DNA of 35,056 nucleotides from a virus (Duplodnaviria; Heunggongvirae; Uroviricota; Caudoviricetes): IMG/VR virus record IMGVR_UViG_2778261316_000004; one strand, 5' to 3'. Shown piece by piece: positions 1 to 9,008 of this stretch (position 1 is its first letter; each line of letters starts with the position of its first letter). The notes under the pieces were generated by a model. It saw only the letters and a program-made list of their open reading frames with translations, ran no database searches and was not told where the DNA came from. The position numbers and the translations under genes were made by a program.

Positions 1-1053
1 TTACGGGGTAATGCCAACCGCTGCCGCCACTTTGTCGCCACTTGGCAGCGTTGCCAGAGGATTGAAACGGAGCGCCGTTTCCAGATGATCTGGTGCCAGA
101 TGTGCGTAACGCATAGTCATTTTTATATCGTGGTGTCCGAGAATTTTTTGTAAGGCGAGAATGTTTCCACCCGACATCATGAAGTGCGCCGCAAACGTAT
201 GGCGCAGAACGTGTGTGAGTTGACCGCGAGGGAGCACGATAGACGTTTTTTCCATCACGGATAAAAATTGAAAATAGTAGTCTGTAAAGAAATTGAACCC
301 ATCAAGCGCCATGATCTCTTCGTAAAGCTCTTTACTGATAGGGATGCTTCTGTTTTTCTTCCCCTTCGTTCTGACAAAGGTAATTCGGTATTTGGTCACC
401 TGTGAGCGGGTAAGATTTACGGCTTCACGCCAGCGTGCGCCTGTGCTTAAGCATATCTTAACTACCAGTGCCAGAATTGGGTCCTGACGTTTGCAATCAG
501 CCAGCAATTCAACAATCTGCTCATGGGTAAGCCATGCCATCTCTTTTTCTGCGATGGTGAATTTTCGCATGTTCTCCAGTGGGTTCGGATACGACCATTC
601 GCCCAGACGGGATAGTTCGCTAAAAACACTACTTAGATAGCTTTGCTCCAGGTTAATGGTGACCGGGCTTGCTCCTTTCTTCCATTTCTCGCTGAAGTAG
701 ATCTCGCCTGTCAGGCGTTTATCTCGATAGTGGGCAAACATTTTAGAGGTGAGATCGGTTGCAAGAGGATTACCCAGAGCGTCAACCATCAACAGCAATT
801 TGTCATAGACATGCTGCCCAGCTGTCAGAGATTTACCATGTAGTTTGAACCATAGCTCAACTACGTCTTTCAGTGTTCGACGATCCACTGATTCACCCAG
901 CCAGGGCTTTGCTTCGGTTTCTTCCATCGTGTGGCGCTCAAAAGCCAGAGCTTCGCCTTTGGTGGCGAATTGTTTACGCACACGACGCCCACTACGTCCG
1001 GCGGGGTAACATTCGCAAAGCCATTTCCCTGTGGTGAGTTTTCGTACTGCCAT
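1..1053 (-). CDS. int: Tyrosine site-specific integrase (P2/186 Int type)
   Basis: ORF track 1..1209; start refined to ATG at 1051..1053 (product begins MAVRKLTTGKW, preceded by GGAGGG RBS), 350 aa. C-terminal HxxR and Y signature (HVLRHTFAAHF...MRYAHL). Upstream 52 codons of the ORF judged spurious. Confidence 0.9.
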   Translation of the reverse strand: MAVRKLTTGKWLCECYPAGRSGRRVRKQFATKGEALAFERHTMEETEAKPWLGESVDRRTLKDVVELWFKLHGKSLTAGQHVYDKLLLMVDALGNPLATDLTSKMFAHYRDKRLTGEIYFSEKWKKGASPVTINLEQSYLSSVFSELSRLGEWSYPNPLENMRKFTIAEKEMAWLTHEQIVELLADCKRQDPILALVVKICLSTGARWREAVNLTRSQVTKYRITFVRTKGKKNRSIPISKELYEEIMALDGFNFFTDYYFQFLSVMEKTSIVLPRGQLTHVLRHTFAAHFMMSGGNILALQKILGHHDIKMTMRYAHLAPDHLETALRFNPLATLPSGDKVAAAVGITP

Positions 1054-1241
1054 AAAAAATGCCCTCCAGTAGAGAGCATTTTTACTGTATGTATAACCAG
1101 TGTCAATGTATGAAATCCTACGACCATACATCTCACTGAAGCCATCATGAAGTTGGCTATTCTTTTTGCTATGTGAGCATGTAACTTTTGCGGTTAACCT
1201 GCGGCTCATTTTTATTTTAGACGCAGATATAAAAGCAAAAG

Positions 1242-1433
1242 TTATCGTGAGTTTTTAGTACAGATTTTTTTGGATTTACTAATAGTTCCATCATTGCAAA
1301 CGAATTTGCCATCTGAGGTACAGTGAGAAACACCTCCCTTTTTCCCTGAGCAGGGATAATTTCTAGCATAGGTAGTTAGTGGGTTTAATAACAAAGAACA
1401 TGACAAAACCACAAAAAATACCTTACCAAGCAT
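1242..1433 (-). CDS. Small (63 aa) predicted secreted Cys-containing protein; moron between cI and int
   Basis: ATG at 1431..1433 with GGAGGA RBS; hydrophobic N-terminus ([23 protein letters not shown]) then Cys-containing mature part; AT-rich; same strand as cI and int. Confidence 0.5.
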   Translation of the reverse strand: MLGKVFFVVLSCSLLLNPLTTYARNYPCSGKKGGVSHCTSDGKFVCNDGTISKSKKICTKNSR

Positions 1434-1448
1434 AGTTTCCTCCCGGTA

Positions 1449-2018
1449 CTATTTAACATACTTGACTGTTAAACTTATAATTTTACCAATTATTTCAATG
1501 TCTTCTATCTTGCATTCGAAGGCTCTGTTTCCACCCTCGACGAAGATTCTTCCACCGGGTAAACGAGTAATGTCACGGATCGTTATTTCGCCATCAATAC
1601 TTATTACCCATTTACCATCACGTATATCATCAAATTCTTTATCACAAATAAATTCAGAATTGTTATCTGTGATGACAAAAGGTTTTTTAAACGTAGAGGG
1701 TAGAAATCCCTTATCAAAAATATAAAAACCGTCTTTCTGCAATGCTCCATCAGACAATAAATATTTTTCTACTTCTATAGTATTTGTATTTGCTGATGCT
1801 TGCTTTGAACCATGCCCTGTTGTTAGCCAATTAAGCGAGGTGCCCGTTTCAAGGGCGCACTGGATTACCCAATCTGCTGGAAAAATATCACGCATATAGC
1901 GCGTTGCCATGGTGCTCTTAGAAACACCTAAATGATCACAGAGAGCCTGACGGGTACCGAACCCATATGCTTCAACTAAACGTTCTATGGCTTTCTTACC
2001 GCCGCTATTGAAATCCAC
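1449..2018 (-). CDS. cI: Immunity repressor, phage 186 CI type (N-terminal HTH)
   Basis: ORF track 1449..2105 (GTG start). I prefer the internal GTG at 2016..2018 with GGAGGA RBS, giving 189 aa. Similar from memory to 186 CI (VEAYGF...CALETG...LTG); the longer ORF would overlap a consensus promoter. Confidence 0.75.
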   Translation of the reverse strand: MDFNSGGKKAIERLVEAYGFGTRQALCDHLGVSKSTMATRYMRDIFPADWVIQCALETGTSLNWLTTGHGSKQASANTNTIEVEKYLLSDGALQKDGFYIFDKGFLPSTFKKPFVITDNNSEFICDKEFDDIRDGKWVISIDGEITIRDITRLPGGRIFVEGGNRAFECKIEDIEIIGKIISLTVKYVK

Positions 2019-2163
2019 AAGTCCTCCAAAGAAATCCAAAATTCGTTGACAGATTCCAAAAGCGATCTTAAAGTTGAACCAGAAGTGTTCTTTTGGAGCC
2101 TTCACTACTAATCACGACAAACAACGGCTCGCCACAAGCCATATCTAGAAGGAATGTTGCCTT
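2019..2163. promoter_or_regulatory. Lysis-lysogeny switch region between cI and apl; candidate pR (-35 TTGACA 2046..2051, 17 bp spacer, -10 TAAAGT 2069..2074); repeated TCCAAA half-sites
   Basis: TCCAAA at 2025..2030, 2035..2040, 2055..2060 and inverted TTTGGA at 2092..2097; perfect -35 hexamer directed toward apl/cII. Confidence 0.5.
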
Positions 2164-2367
2164 ATGACACCTAACATTTCAATTACTCTGAATACACCAC
2201 ATGTCACAATCGAACGTTATAGCGAACTGACTGGCCTTTCTATTGATACGATTAACGACATGTTGGCTGATGGCCGACTACCTCGTCATCGTCTTCGTAA
2301 AGACAAAAAACGTGAAAAGGTAATGATTAACCTGGCTGCTCTGACTGTTGATGCTTTGTCTGCTTAA
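2164..2367 (+). CDS. Apl/Cox-like small excisionase/transcriptional regulator (first gene of early rightward operon)
   Basis: 67 aa ORF with ATG at 2164; position immediately before cII and opposite cI; basic C-terminal half. Assigned by position and size, not by confirmed homology. Confidence 0.6.
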   Translation: MTPNISITLNTPHVTIERYSELTGLSIDTINDMLADGRLPRHRLRKDKKREKVMINLAALTVDALSA

Positions 2368-2431
2368 TAGACGTCTATTTTCGCAATAAGACGCTGAGTT
2401 CGATTTTGCGATAAGTTCGGAGTTGAAAACC

Positions 2432-2941
2432 ATGTTTGATTACCAAGTTTCCAAACATCCACATTTTGATGAAGCCTGTCGTGCATTCGCACTGCGCCAC
2501 AATCTGGTGCAACTGGCAGAACGTGCGGGCATGAATGTGCAGATTCTGCGGAACAAGCTGAACCCAGCTCAACCTCATTTATTAACCGCACCAGAAATCT
2601 GGCTGCTTACCGATCTGACTGAAGATTCAACGTTGGTAGATGGTTTTCTGGCACAGATTCACTGCCTGCCATGCGTACCAATTAATGAGGTGGCAAAAGA
2701 GAAACTGCCACATTACGTCATGAGTGCAACCGCAGAGATCGGGCGTGTTGCTGCAGGTGCGGTATCTGGCGATGTAAAAACCAGTGCAGGTCGTCGTGAT
2801 GCTATCAGCAGCATTAACTCTGTAACACGACTGATGGCGTTGGCTGCTGTTTCATTGCAGGCCCGTTTACAGGCTAACCCTGCGATGGCGAGTGCAGTTG
2901 ATACCGTGACTGGCCTCGGTGCTTCATTCGGTTTGCTGTGA
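2432..2941 (+). CDS. cII: Phage regulatory protein CII (186 CII / CP76 family)
   Basis: ORF track 2423..2941 (TTG start); ATG at 2432 gives 169 aa beginning [11 protein letters not shown], matching length and N-terminus of 186 CII as I recall it. Confidence 0.75.
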   Translation: MFDYQVSKHPHFDEACRAFALRHNLVQLAERAGMNVQILRNKLNPAQPHLLTAPEIWLLTDLTEDSTLVDGFLAQIHCLPCVPINEVAKEKLPHYVMSATAEIGRVAAGAVSGDVKTSAGRRDAISSINSVTRLMALAAVSLQARLQANPAMASAVDTVTGLGASFGLL

Positions 2942-2948
2942 GGTGCTT

Positions 2949-3245
2949 ATGCTGACGAAAGAACCATCATTTGCATCGCTGCTGGTAAAACAAAGCCCGG
3001 CAATGCACTACGGTCACGGCTGGATCACGGGTGAGGATGGAAAACGCTGGCATCCATGTCATTCACAAGATGAATTGCTGTCTGAATTGACCACGAGGAA
3101 ACGGAGAAAGTCCAAATGTATGCGGCAGAAAGTGAAGTGGTTTATCAGTTTCGTTACAGAGGGGAGAGTTATTCAGTACCTGAAGATGATTTGCTCTGTT
3201 GCTATCCGTCATTGTCGGGCGATGGCAGTTACTTTTTCGCGTTAA
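2949..3245 (+). CDS. Hypothetical early protein (possible Fil-like), 98 aa
   Basis: ATG at 2949 after GAGGTG; overlaps the next ORF (3116..3340) by 130 nt in another frame, so one of the two is uncertain. Confidence 0.4.
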   Translation: MLTKEPSFASLLVKQSPAMHYGHGWITGEDGKRWHPCHSQDELLSELTTRKRRKSKCMRQKVKWFISFVTEGRVIQYLKMICSVAIRHCRAMAVTFSR

Positions 3246-3340
3246 AGGATGGGACGTTTTTACGGGGAGAGCAGGTTAAAGAGACGATACGAAAAAATGT
3301 ATCTCCTCTTGAGCGTTACCGTAAGAACAAAGAACGATAG
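3116..3340 (+). CDS. Hypothetical early protein, 74 aa
   Basis: ATG at 3116 with GGAG 9 nt upstream; overlaps the 2949..3245 ORF. Confidence 0.45.
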   Translation: MYAAESEVVYQFRYRGESYSVPEDDLLCCYPSLSGDGSYFFALKDGTFLRGEQVKETIRKNVSPLERYRKNKER

Positions 3341-3362
3341 CTGCGTTTGGGGGATATGAAGT

Positions 3363-3704
3363 ATGGCAATTAATGGCGCTGCAGCAACTGTTCCATTAAG
3401 CCCCGGTGAACGCCTGAATGGACTTAATCACATTGCGGAGTTAAGGGCGAAAGTTTTTGGCCTGAATATTGAGTCAGAGCTTGAGCGGTTTATTAAAGAT
3501 ATGCGTGATCCACGGGATATCAATAATGAACAAAATAAACGGGCACTGGCTGCCATATTCTTTATGGCAAAAATTCCAGCTGAACGTCATAGCATCAGCA
3601 TTAATGAGCTGACCACTGACGAAAAGCGGGAGCTGATTAAAGCAATGAATCATTTTCGTGCAGTGGTGAGCTTATTTCCCAGACGGCTAACCATGCCGAA
3701 TTAA
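3363..3704 (+). CDS. Hypothetical early-operon protein, 113 aa
   Basis: ORF track; ATG at 3363; lies in the early operon between cII and A. Confidence 0.6.
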   Translation: MAINGAAATVPLSPGERLNGLNHIAELRAKVFGLNIESELERFIKDMRDPRDINNEQNKRALAAIFFMAKIPAERHSISINELTTDEKRELIKAMNHFRAVVSLFPRRLTMPN

Positions 3705-3771
3705 CCAACTAATGAAATTAATGGCGTAAACCCGCCGGGCATCCCTTTATCTAAATTCAGGAGAATTGATT

Positions 3772-4005
3772 ATGCGTAATATTGAAACCCTCACGACTAA
3801 AACCGGACCGGATGACGCAGGGCTTAATATTTTACTGACAGAGGCTCGTCTGGAAGAACGCCGGGCAAGGGCTGAAGCAATGGCAGCTCGCCTTGATAGC
3901 CTGGCGTGTCATATCTCATCCCGTCAGCTAAACCACGTGGAAGCGGCAGAACTGCTGCGTGTGACTGCTGAAGCAATCCAGAACGAAGCGCAGGAGATCC
4001 ACTAA
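3772..4005 (+). CDS. Hypothetical early protein, 77 aa, predicted helical
   Basis: ORF track 3766..4005; ATG at 3772 with AGGAG RBS. Confidence 0.6.
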   Translation: MRNIETLTTKTGPDDAGLNILLTEARLEERRARAEAMAARLDSLACHISSRQLNHVEAAELLRVTAEAIQNEAQEIH

Positions 4006-4232
4006 TGGCTGATGCAATGGATCTCGTACAGCAGCGCGTTGAAGAAGAACGCCAGCGCCATATCCGTGCTGCCCGTGCCAAAACGCCGGGCGTGTCCCGC
4101 GTGCTTTGCGTTGAGTGTGAAGCGCCAATTCCGCCAGCACGCCGCCGTGCCATTCCGGGTGTGCAGCTTTGCATTACCTGTCAGGAAATCGCAGAGCTGA
4201 AAGGCAAACATTACAACGGGGGTGCTGTATGA
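4005..4232 (+). CDS. TraR/DksA-family C4 zinc-finger protein
   Basis: 75 aa with CxxC...CxxC (CVECEAPIPPARRRAIPGVQLCITCQ). Confidence 0.75.
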   Translation: MADAMDLVQQRVEEERQRHIRAARAKTPGVSRVLCVECEAPIPPARRRAIPGVQLCITCQEIAELKGKHYNGGAV

Positions 4233-5086
4233 GCACCATCCTGAAATGGGCGGGAAATAAAACCGCCGTAATGTCCGAACTGAAAAAACACCTTCCTGCT
4301 GGCCCGCGACTGGTTGAACCTTTCGCGGGTTCCTGTGCTGTGATGATGGAGACGGATTACCCCAGCTATCTTGTTGCGGATATTAATCCTGATTTAATCA
4401 ACCTCTATAAAAAGGTTGCTGCTGATTGCGAGGCGTTTATATCTCGTGCCAGAGCTTTATTTGAGGAAGCAAACAGGGAGTTGGCTTATTACAACATAAG
4501 GCAGGAGTTTAATTACTCCACTGAAATTACTGATTTCATGAAAGCGGTATATTTCCTGTATCTCAATCGTCATGGTTACCGTGGGTTATGTCGTTATAAC
4601 AAGAGCGGGCATTTCAACATTCCATACGGTAATTATAAAAATCTGTATTTCCCTGAAAAAGAAATTCGCGCATTTGCAGAGAAAGCCCAGCAAGCAACGT
4701 TTATCTGCGCCAGCTTTGATGAAACGCTGGCGATGCTGCAGGTGGGGGATGTGGTGTATTGCGATCCGCCTTATGACGGTACGTTTTCCGGCTATCACAC
4801 TAACGGCTTCACTGAAGATGACCAGTATCACCTGGCATCTGTTCTTGAATATCGATCATCAGAAGGTCATCCAGTCATTGTTTCTAACAGTGACACATCC
4901 CTGATCCGTTCGCTGTATCGAAATTTCACTCACCACTACATCAAGGCAAAACGCAGCATCGGCGTGTCGGCTGGCGAGAGTAAACCTGCAACAGAAATCA
5001 TTGCTGTTTCCGGGGCGCGCTGCTGGGTGGGATTTGATCCTTCGTGTGGCGTGGATAGTTCTGCTGTGTACGAGGTGCGTGTATGA
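4229..5086 (+). CDS. dam: DNA adenine methyltransferase (Dam family, N6-adenine)
   Basis: ORF track 4169..5086; start refined to ATG at 4229 ([11 protein letters not shown]), overlapping the upstream stop. FAGSCAV AdoMet motif and DPPY catalytic motif present. Confidence 0.85.
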   Translation: MSTILKWAGNKTAVMSELKKHLPAGPRLVEPFAGSCAVMMETDYPSYLVADINPDLINLYKKVAADCEAFISRARALFEEANRELAYYNIRQEFNYSTEITDFMKAVYFLYLNRHGYRGLCRYNKSGHFNIPYGNYKNLYFPEKEIRAFAEKAQQATFICASFDETLAMLQVGDVVYCDPPYDGTFSGYHTNGFTEDDQYHLASVLEYRSSEGHPVIVSNSDTSLIRSLYRNFTHHYIKAKRSIGVSAGESKPATEIIAVSGARCWVGFDPSCGVDSSAVYEVRV

Positions 5087-7497
5087 GTCATGACGATATG
5101 AGCAACTCTAGCGGCTTTAACGAGGCCGCTGCAGCATTTTCATGGAACGGCCCGAAAAAGGCCATTAACCCTTATCTGGACCCGGCGGAAGTTGCTCCGG
5201 AGTCTGCACTTTTAAACCTGATCACTCTGTACGCTGCCGATAATGAGCAGGAACAGCTGTGCCGCGATGCACTGAGTGAGCAGGTCTGGGAGCGTTATTT
5301 CTTTAATGAATCTCGTGATCCTGTCCAGCGCGAAATGGAGCAGGATAAGCTCATTAGCCGGGCAAAGCTAGCGCATGAACAGCAGCGTTTTAACCCGGAC
5401 ATGGTCATTCTGGCGGACGTCAGCGCCCAGCCCACCCATATCAGCAAGCCGCTGATGCAACGTATCGAATACTTCAGCAGCCTGGGCAGGCCAAAGGCTT
5501 ATTCCCGCTATTTGCGTGAGACGATTAAGCCATGTCTGGAGCGACTGGATTGTGTACGTGACAGTCAGCTGTCTGCTTCTTTCCGTTTTATGGCAAGCCA
5601 TCAAGGGCTGGAGGGCCTGCTGATCCTGCCTGAAATGAGTCAGGATCAGGTGAAACGCCTGTCCACCCTGGTAGCTGCGCATATGAGCATGTGCCTTGAG
5701 GCAGCTTGTGGCGATTTGTATGCCACCGATGACGTTAAGCCAGAAGAAATCCGCAAGACATGGGAAAAGGTGGCGGCGGAAACCCTGCGTCTGGATGTCA
5801 TCCCACCTGCGTTTGAGCAACTCCGTCGGAAAAGAAACCGCCGTAAACCCGTGCCCTATGAACTCATTCCGGGTTCGCTGGCGCGTATGTTGTGCGCCGA
5901 CTGGTGGTATCGGAAATTATGGAAGATGCGTTGCGAATGGCGGGAAGAGCAGTTGCGTGCTGTCTGCCTGGTCAGCAAAAAAGCATCTCCCTATGTCAGC
6001 TATGAAGCCGTGATGCATAAACGTGAGCAGCGCCGTAAGTCGCTGGAGTTTTTCCGTTCTCATGAACTGGTGAACGAAGACGGCGACACGCTGGACATGG
6101 AGGATGTGGTAAACGCCAGCAGCAGCAACCCTGCGCATCGCCGCAATGAGATGATGGCCTGTGTTAAAGGTCTGGAGCTTATCGCGGAAATGCGTGGTGA
6201 CTGCGCCGTTTTCTACACTATCACCTGTCCGTCACGTTTCCATTCCACGCTCAACAACGGCAGACCCAACCCGACCTGGACAAATGCGACGGTAAGACAA
6301 AGCAGCGATTATATGGTCGGCATGTTTGCTGCATTTCGTAAGGCAATGCACAAAACCGGGTTGCGCTGGTATGGCGTGCGGGTGGCTGAGCCGCACCATG
6401 ACGGTACTGTGCACTGGCATCTCATGTGCTTCATGCGTAAAAAAGACCGCCGCGCCATCACTGCATTACTGCGTAAGTTTGCCATCCGTGTAGACCGCGA
6501 GGAGCTGGGCAACAACACGGGGCCACGCTTTAAGTCTGAGCTGATTAACCCGCGCAAAGGAACACCGACAAGCTATATCGCGAAATACATCAGTAAGAAC
6601 ATTGACGGGCGTGGTCTGGCTGGCGAGATCAGCAAGGAAACGGGTAAATCCCTGCGTGATAACGCCGAATACGTTAATGCCTGGGCGTCTCTGCATCGTG
6701 TTCAGCAGTTCCGCTTCTTTGGTATTCCGGGACGTCAGGCTTACCGTGAACTTCGCTTGCTGGCTGGTCAGGCGGCAAGGCAACAGGGTGACAAAAAAGC
6801 AGGTGCGCCGATACTGGATGACCCGCGCCTTGATGCCATCCTGGCTGCTGCTGATGCTGGTTGTTTTGCCACCTACATCATGAAGCAGGGCGGCGTACTG
6901 GTTCCCCGTAAATATCACCTTATCAGAACCGCTTATGAAATCAACGAAGAGCCGACCGCCTATGGCGATCACGGCATTCGTATTTATGGCATCTGGTCAC
7001 CCATTGCAGAGGGCAAGATCTGCACTCATGCAGTGAAGTGGAAAATGGTTCGTAAGGCCGTTGACGTTCAGGAGGCGGTAGCCGACCAGGGCGCTTGCGC
7101 CCCTTGGACTCGTGGCAATAACTGTCCCCTTGCTGAAAATTTGAACCAACAAGGGAAAGACAAATCAGCTGATGGGGACTCCAGAACGGATATTACCCGT
7201 ATGAATGACAAGGAGTTGCACGATTACCTGCACAGTATGAGCAAAAAAGAGCGCTGGGAACTGGCTGCAAGGTTACGCCAGGTGAAACCGAAACGGCGTA
7301 AAGACTACAAACAGCGAATTACAGACCATCAGCGACAGCAGCTCGTCTATGAACTGAAGTCCAGGGGATTTGATGGCAGCGAGAAAGAAGTCGATTTGCT
7401 CCTTCGCGGCGGCAGTATTCCGTCAGGAGCAGGCCTGCGTATCTTCTATCGGAACCAGCGTCTGAAGGAAGATGATAAGTGGCGGAACCTGTATTAA
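5083..7497 (+). CDS. A: Replication initiation endonuclease, P2 gene A type (rolling-circle HUH nickase)
   Basis: 804 aa ORF; HUH-like motif ([12 protein letters not shown]); position after the early operon as in P2. Confidence 0.9.
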   Translation: MSHDDMSNSSGFNEAAAAFSWNGPKKAINPYLDPAEVAPESALLNLITLYAADNEQEQLCRDALSEQVWERYFFNESRDPVQREMEQDKLISRAKLAHEQQRFNPDMVILADVSAQPTHISKPLMQRIEYFSSLGRPKAYSRYLRETIKPCLERLDCVRDSQLSASFRFMASHQGLEGLLILPEMSQDQVKRLSTLVAAHMSMCLEAACGDLYATDDVKPEEIRKTWEKVAAETLRLDVIPPAFEQLRRKRNRRKPVPYELIPGSLARMLCADWWYRKLWKMRCEWREEQLRAVCLVSKKASPYVSYEAVMHKREQRRKSLEFFRSHELVNEDGDTLDMEDVVNASSSNPAHRRNEMMACVKGLELIAEMRGDCAVFYTITCPSRFHSTLNNGRPNPTWTNATVRQSSDYMVGMFAAFRKAMHKTGLRWYGVRVAEPHHDGTVHWHLMCFMRKKDRRAITALLRKFAIRVDREELGNNTGPRFKSELINPRKGTPTSYIAKYISKNIDGRGLAGEISKETGKSLRDNAEYVNAWASLHRVQQFRFFGIPGRQAYRELRLLAGQAARQQGDKKAGAPILDDPRLDAILAAADAGCFATYIMKQGGVLVPRKYHLIRTAYEINEEPTAYGDHGIRIYGIWSPIAEGKICTHAVKWKMVRKAVDVQEAVADQGACAPWTRGNNCPLAENLNQQGKDKSADGDSRTDITRMNDKELHDYLHSMSKKERWELAARLRQVKPKRRKDYKQRITDHQRQQLVYELKSRGFDGSEKEVDLLLRGGSIPSGAGLRIFYRNQRLKEDDKWRNLY

Positions 7498-7566
7498 TTA
7501 CGCGGGTTAACAATTCGTGCTCTTAATAATACCAGGCATATCAGGCCGATGAACGTAAAAAAACGT

Positions 7567-7607
7567 TTTACATCAGTAAGATTATTATATACTGTAAATA
7601 TAAACAG
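7567..7607 (+). promoter_or_regulatory. SOS-type promoter with LexA box CTGTAAATATAAACAG (7592..7607) overlapping the -10 region
   Basis: Exact CTGT-N8-ACAG read at 7592..7607; TTTACA at 7567..7572 and TATACT at 7588..7593; strong RBS GGAGG at 7641..7645 before ATG 7650. Confidence 0.7.
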
Positions 7608-7649
7608 TGGTTATGTATACAGTATTGTTTTGGTGTCATAGGAGGAAAG

Positions 7650-7838
7650 ATGCAGGACTATTTTTTGGAGTCTTTGAAGCTTCAGCGCATTGATTTTTTT
7701 CTTAAGCTTGTAGCGGCTAGTGAGTGTAGTGATGAAGAGAAGGGGCTGGCTCTGCAGTGGGTTTCTGAATTGACTGATGAACTTATGGCAAAAATCAGAA
7801 GTCACGAATACAACCGCTCAATGGATGTCATCAGCTGA
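7650..7838 (+). CDS. Small LexA-controlled protein (62 aa), possible antirepressor (Tum-like role)
   Basis: ATG at 7650 after GGAGGA; directly downstream of the LexA box; function inferred from position only. Confidence 0.55.
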   Translation: MQDYFLESLKLQRIDFFLKLVAASECSDEEKGLALQWVSELTDELMAKIRSHEYNRSMDVIS

Positions 7839-7848
7839 GGTGACTTTT

Positions 7849-8082
7849 ATGCGTATTGAAATAATGATCGATAAAGAGCAGAAGATTAGCCAGTCTACCC
7901 TGGACGCCCTTGAATCCGAGCTTTACCGCAATCTGCGCCCCCTGTATCCCAAAACGGTAATTCGCATTCGCAAAGGTAGCTCTAACGGTGTGGAACTAAC
8001 CGGACTGCAACTGGATGAAGAAAGAAAACAAGTGATGAAAATTATGCAGAAGGTGTGGGAGGACGACAGCTGGCTGCATTAA
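7849..8082 (+). CDS. DinI-family protein (77 aa)
   Basis: ATG at 7849 with GAGGTG RBS; begins MRIE and ends with acidic/aromatic WEDDSWLH tail, resembling DinI. ORF track 7777..8082 is an over-extension. Confidence 0.75.
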   Translation: MRIEIMIDKEQKISQSTLDALESELYRNLRPLYPKTVIRIRKGSSNGVELTGLQLDEERKQVMKIMQKVWEDDSWLH

Positions 8083-8090
8083 GAAACGTG

Positions 8091-8120
8091 GCCCCCAGGA
8101 GGATTCATTCTGATGGGGGC
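8091..8120. terminator. Stem-loop GCCCCCA-N16-TGGGGGC after the DinI-like gene (possible terminator)
   Basis: Perfect 7 bp inverted repeat read at 8091..8097 and 8114..8120; weak T tract after it. Confidence 0.3.
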
Positions 8121-8274
8121 TAGTTTGGGCAATGAGTGAAATAAGGCGTAAGGTGGGCGGTTATTTTGATAAGTGATCGTCCGCTTTGTGTCAGAAGCAG
8201 AAGTGGGAGTGTCTGAGACTCTCTAAAAGTTGATGATTCACTTACAAAACCATTTTCCTGATGGATGCTTACAC

Positions 8275-8610
8275 TTACGAATGATCATTCTGTTTAGTCT
8301 TCATGAGAAAATCCCGAATCTTTGCCAAGTTTGAATTTTCGGGGATTGAATCCATGTACGGATCACGCTCAAACACTAATTGCTCAGATTCAACGAAAGC
8401 CTGCCACTCTACTGGGTCTAGCTCAAATCCCATTGCTGTCATATCACTTTCATCTTCCCCCTCGATCCAGTGGACTAAATAAAACAATTCATCATCAGGA
8501 GAATCATCCTCACCATCAACAATATCAACATCGGTTACAGTGATACGTAGGGTGGGATCGATTTTTGAGACATAAATTCCTAACTGTGGTATAGGGGGAA
8601 TATTGTTCAT
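8275..8610 (-). CDS. Highly acidic 111 aa protein (about 26 Asp/Glu vs 7 Lys/Arg) of unknown function
   Basis: ATG at 8608..8610 with AGGAG RBS; divergent from the protease operon. Confidence 0.6.
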   Translation of the reverse strand: MNNIPPIPQLGIYVSKIDPTLRITVTDVDIVDGEDDSPDDELFYLVHWIEGEDESDMTAMGFELDPVEWQAFVESEQLVFERDPYMDSIPENSNLAKIRDFLMKTKQNDHS

Positions 8611-8989
8611 GGAAACTCCTTTTATTGGTGTTTGCTATTTGAATAAAAATACGCCAAACAGAGTGTTAACTGTGAATATGGAAAGAATCGTTGTAAGTAC
8701 CCCGCTTAGGTGTCCCATTCTATTTTAGAGGTTCTCGTGCATATGGATTATGTTATCTGAAAGCTAACTTCCGCTTCCCGTTCACAGCGAACATTCATCT
8801 TTGTAAACCCGTATGATCCGTTTTTCAAGTGGCCATTCAGATACGGATTTTCACTTCCTTGACAGTGCATGACTATGCTGCATGAAATCGCATGATCGAT
8901 TGAGGATCGTCTTTGCTCAGATCCGCCAGAACTGGCGGGCTTTTGCTCATGTCATGCATGTGCATGAAAACCACTGCATAAAGCGGGCA

Positions 8990-9008
8990 GGCGTGGCGGG
9001 GATACGAG
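8990..9008. other. cos-like sequence GGCGTGGCGGGGATACGAG (candidate cohesive-end site)
   Basis: First 13 nt identical to the 186/P2 cohesive-end sequence as I recall it (GGCGWGGCGGGGA...); lies in the A-to-Q interval where P2 cos lies. Confidence 0.35.

Noticed and set aside
1054-1209. N-terminal 52-codon extension of the integrase ORF (402 aa version)
   Set aside because: The conserved integrase N-terminus starts at the internal ATG (1053) with a good RBS; the extension has no start-site support.
2019-2105. Longest cI ORF starting at GTG 2103..2105 (218 aa)
   Set aside because: No RBS; it would overlap the consensus promoter and operator repeats. The internal GTG at 2018 with GGAGGA gives the size expected for 186-type CI. 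Kept as an alternative, not excluded.
4572-4904. Plus and minus small ORFs inside dam
   Set aside because: Embedded in a gene with clear catalytic motifs; alternative-frame artefacts.
7080-7130. Possible replication origin/nick site inside gene A
   Set aside because: By analogy the origin should lie within A, but I could not recognise the nick-site sequence confidently from memory, so no coordinate is claimed.
7611-7626. Possible second LexA box (TACTGTATACATAA on the minus strand)
   Set aside because: Has CTGT but lacks the matching ACAG after 8 nt; only a half-site.
7777-7848. Upstream extension of the DinI-like ORF (101 aa version)
   Set aside because: Starts at a non-ATG codon overlapping the previous gene; ATG at 7849 with GAGGTG RBS gives a DinI-sized product.
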